Part shown: positions 61,814 to 64,000 of the stretch, piece after piece
Layout: the number at the start of each line of letters is the position of its first letter
Numbering within the stretch: the first letter of the stretch is position 1
Origin: Caldisericia bacterium
GTDB taxonomy: Bacteria > Caldisericota > Caldisericia > JAAYUI01
DNA: 64,000 nucleotides
Reading direction: 5' to 3'
Assembly (NCBI GenBank): GCA_963674785.1
Contig: OY771555.1
Coordinates: 864,001 to 928,000 of the forward strand
Translations under genes and position numbers: made by a program
The notes under the pieces: model-generated
Told to the model about the DNA's origin: nothing
What the model saw: only the letters and a program-made list of their open reading frames with translations
Database searches by the model: none

Positions 61814-62586
61814 GAAAGGACTCCTTTCATCTTAATCGCTGTGATTAATTTGTTTGCAATCTCGTCGGCAGACTCACCCTTGATAAATTCTATCTGGGAT
61901 TGTGTTGAAACTGGGGTGTGTTCAAGGAGTTTTGGTTTTGAGTCTGGAAGCTCAAGATCAAGATCATCCGCTGTATATTCGGTGATTGGAATCTTCATCG
62001 CCTTGTTCATTCCGCGAAGTGAAGGAAGCCTTGGTGTGTTGATGTTTTTTGTAACAGAAACTACACATGGCAGATTAACTTTCCAAACGTTTGTTCCGTT
62101 TTCAGATGGGACAGAAACATAAGCATTGTTGCCTTCAACTCTGACTTTTTCGGCACCGAGAACGGATGGGATGTTAAGGATGTCGGCAATCATTGCTGGA
62201 AGAATGCCCATCTCGGCATCTGTTGATTTTGCTCCGCAAACTATCATGTCAAATTCGCCATGTTTCTTCATTGCTGATGCAAGAGTTATTGCGGTCGAGA
62301 GAAGGTCTGAGCCTTCTAGTTCTGGGTCGTTTACAAGTACTGCATTTCCAATACCCATCGCGAGGGCTTCCCTGAGAGTTTCCTTAACACTCTCCGGTCC
62401 CATCGAAAATGCTGTAACATCTTCTGGGACATTTGAGAGATTCAATGCAAGCTCACAAGCGTTTTTATCAAGTGGGTTTGTGGCTTTTGGGAAACTGTCT
62501 CTTGCAAGTCTTCCAGCCGCGTTGAATTGTCCGACTGGAAACTTCTCGGGATCTGGAACCTGTTTTATACAAACATTTATCTTCAT
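61810..62586 (-). CDS. etfB: Electron transfer flavoprotein beta subunit
   Basis: MKINVCIKQVPD, NPLD, REALAMG and PRLPSL motifs; GGAGG RBS before ATG 62586. Confidence 0.93.
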   Translation of the reverse strand: MKINVCIKQVPDPEKFPVGQFNAAGRLARDSFPKATNPLDKNACELALNLSNVPEDVTAFSMGPESVKETLREALAMGIGNAVLVNDPELEGSDLLSTAITLASAMKKHGEFDMIVCGAKSTDAEMGILPAMIADILNIPSVLGAEKVRVEGNNAYVSVPSENGTNVWKVNLPCVVSVTKNINTPRLPSLRGMNKAMKIPITEYTADDLDLELPDSKPKLLEHTPVSTQSQIEFIKGESADEIANKLITAIKMKGVLS

Positions 62587-62901
62587 CGTTCCTCCATTAC
62601 TGACAATCAATTATCATTTAGCCAGCAATGATAACAGGGATTCATAGAGATGATACCCCTGAACAATTATCATTGTTAGATATTTGTTAACATTTTATCC
62701 AGAAATATCATTTGGTCAACACAAACTTGGCTATTTTTTTCATCAAAAAAAGGAAACTTATCTTGGTATTTTGTGTGTTTTTTCGATGCTTCTGAAAAAA
62801 CGAAATGTAAAAGACCTTGACTTCTTTACCAAACAGAATAAATAGATGGTGAAAAACAATTCAGGAGAGATTCCTGATCAGAATAATAAGGAGGACGAGC
62901 A

Positions 62902-64000
62902 ATGTCCGAAAAAGGTTTTAATGCTTTTAAGATGGCGCAGGAGCAGTTTGATGGAGTGGCTTCTCAGTTGAATCTTGATGAGGGTACAAAAGAACTTCTC
63001 AGATGGCCAAGAAGAGAGTACAGATTCAGAATCCCAGTGAAGATGGATGACGGCTCAACAAAGGTTTTTGAGGGTTTCAGAGTACAACATAATGACTCAC
63101 GTGGACCATGCAAAGGTGGAATCAGGTTCCATCCACAGGAAACAGTTGACACAGTAAGAGCGCTTGCAACATGGATGACATGGAAGTGTGCAGTTGTTGA
63201 CATCCCACTTGGTGGCGGAAAAGGTGGAGTTATCTGTGACCCACACAATCTTTCAATGGGTGAGCAGGAAAGACTTTGCAGAGGTTGGGTAAGACAGGTC
63301 GGAAGAGACATCGGTCCACTCAAAGATGTACCAGCACCAGACGTAATGACATCTGGTCAGCACATGCTCTGGATGATGGATGAGTATGAAGCAATCCATG
63401 GTGGTAACAAATTCCCAGGTATGATCACAGGAAAGCCAGTTGGTTCCGGCGGTTCACTCGGCAGAACCGAAGCAACAGGTTATGGAGTTATTTACACAGT
63501 TCGCGAAGCTCTCAAGAATATGGGAATTGATCCAAAGAATACAAAAGCCTCAGTTCAGGGTTTTGGAAATGTTGCACAGTATGCCGTAGAGCTTTACAAT
63601 AAGCTCGGTGGAACAGTCACATGCGTTTCCTGCTGGTGTCAGAGTGAAGGAAAAGCATATACAGTCAAGAAGGCTTCAGGTATTGACCTTAAAGAACTTC
63701 TTGGAATCACAGATAGATTTGGCGGTATTGAACTCGATAAGGCAAGAAGCCTTGGGTATGAAGTTCTCGATGCAATGGCATGGCTTGAAGAGGAAGTTGA
63801 TATCCTCATGCCAAGTGCACTTGAGAATCAGATTACAGGTGAAAATGCTGGTAAGATCAAGAGTTCAGTAAAGATTATTGCTGAAGGTGCTAATGGCCCA
63901 ACAACCCCAGAAGCAGATAAAATTATTGAAGAGCGCGGAATATTCGTAATTCCAGACTTCCTTGCAAACGCAGGTGGAGTCACATGCAGCTACTTCGAGC
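62902..64000 (+). CDS. gdhA: Glu/Leu/Phe/Val (glutamate) dehydrogenase, truncated by window end
   Basis: GPCKGGIRFHP, MTWKCAVVDIPLGGGKGG, VPAPD, QGFGNV, EGANGP and PDFLANAGGV motifs. Confidence 0.93.
   Translation, partial: MSEKGFNAFKMAQEQFDGVASQLNLDEGTKELLRWPRREYRFRIPVKMDDGSTKVFEGFRVQHNDSRGPCKGGIRFHPQETVDTVRALATWMTWKCAVVDIPLGGGKGGVICDPHNLSMGEQERLCRGWVRQVGRDIGPLKDVPAPDVMTSGQHMLWMMDEYEAIHGGNKFPGMITGKPVGSGGSLGRTEATGYGVIYTVREALKNMGIDPKNTKASVQGFGNVAQYAVELYNKLGGTVTCVSCWCQSEGKAYTVKKASGIDLKELLGITDRFGGIELDKARSLGYEVLDAMAWLEEEVDILMPSALENQITGENAGKIKSSVKIIAEGANGPTTPEADKIIEERGIFVIPDFLANAGGVTCSYFE

Noticed and set aside
62600-62700. Fur- or Rex-like operators upstream of etfB/gdh (CAATTATCATT x2; TTGTTAACATTTTATC)
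   Set aside because: Only partial matches in AT-rich DNA; the regulator cannot be assigned without comparative footprinting.

Overview
AT-rich bacterial chromosome segment, probably Caldisericota/Caldisericia. That assignment is an inference from the many copper-amine-oxidase N-terminal 'stalk' surface proteins and was not checked by search. Left part (1-23.1 kb, all genes on the minus strand): a DUF2341 protein, a zinc-ribbon membrane protein, a tandem array of seven stalk-domain surface proteins and an amino-sugar glycosylation cluster. At ~23.2-23.4 kb gene orientation switches at a DnaA-box-containing intergenic region, followed by a 23S-5S rRNA unit with its own promoter and no adjacent 16S. 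The middle accessory zone (26.9-41 kb) holds a TcmP/DUF5131 pair, fetA/fetB-like ABC genes split by two microproteins, and a type IIG restriction-modification gene. The right part is housekeeping: ECF sigma/anti-sigma, rpsB-tsf-pyrH-frr-uppS-cdsA-dxr-rseP-ispG-hflX, an S8 protease, typA, lipoproteins, etfBA and gdh. The RM locus is the most unusual region, for two reasons. (1) A DUF559 nuclease flanked by covarying double-hairpin repeats is inserted in frame inside the methyltransferase, and nuclease-free copies of the repeat occur elsewhere in the window. (2) A DUF3800 gene with a convergent, promoter-bearing ~85-nt structured RNA sits between two 53-bp copies of the RM gene's 3' end. All family calls come from motif recognition by eye, not database searches.
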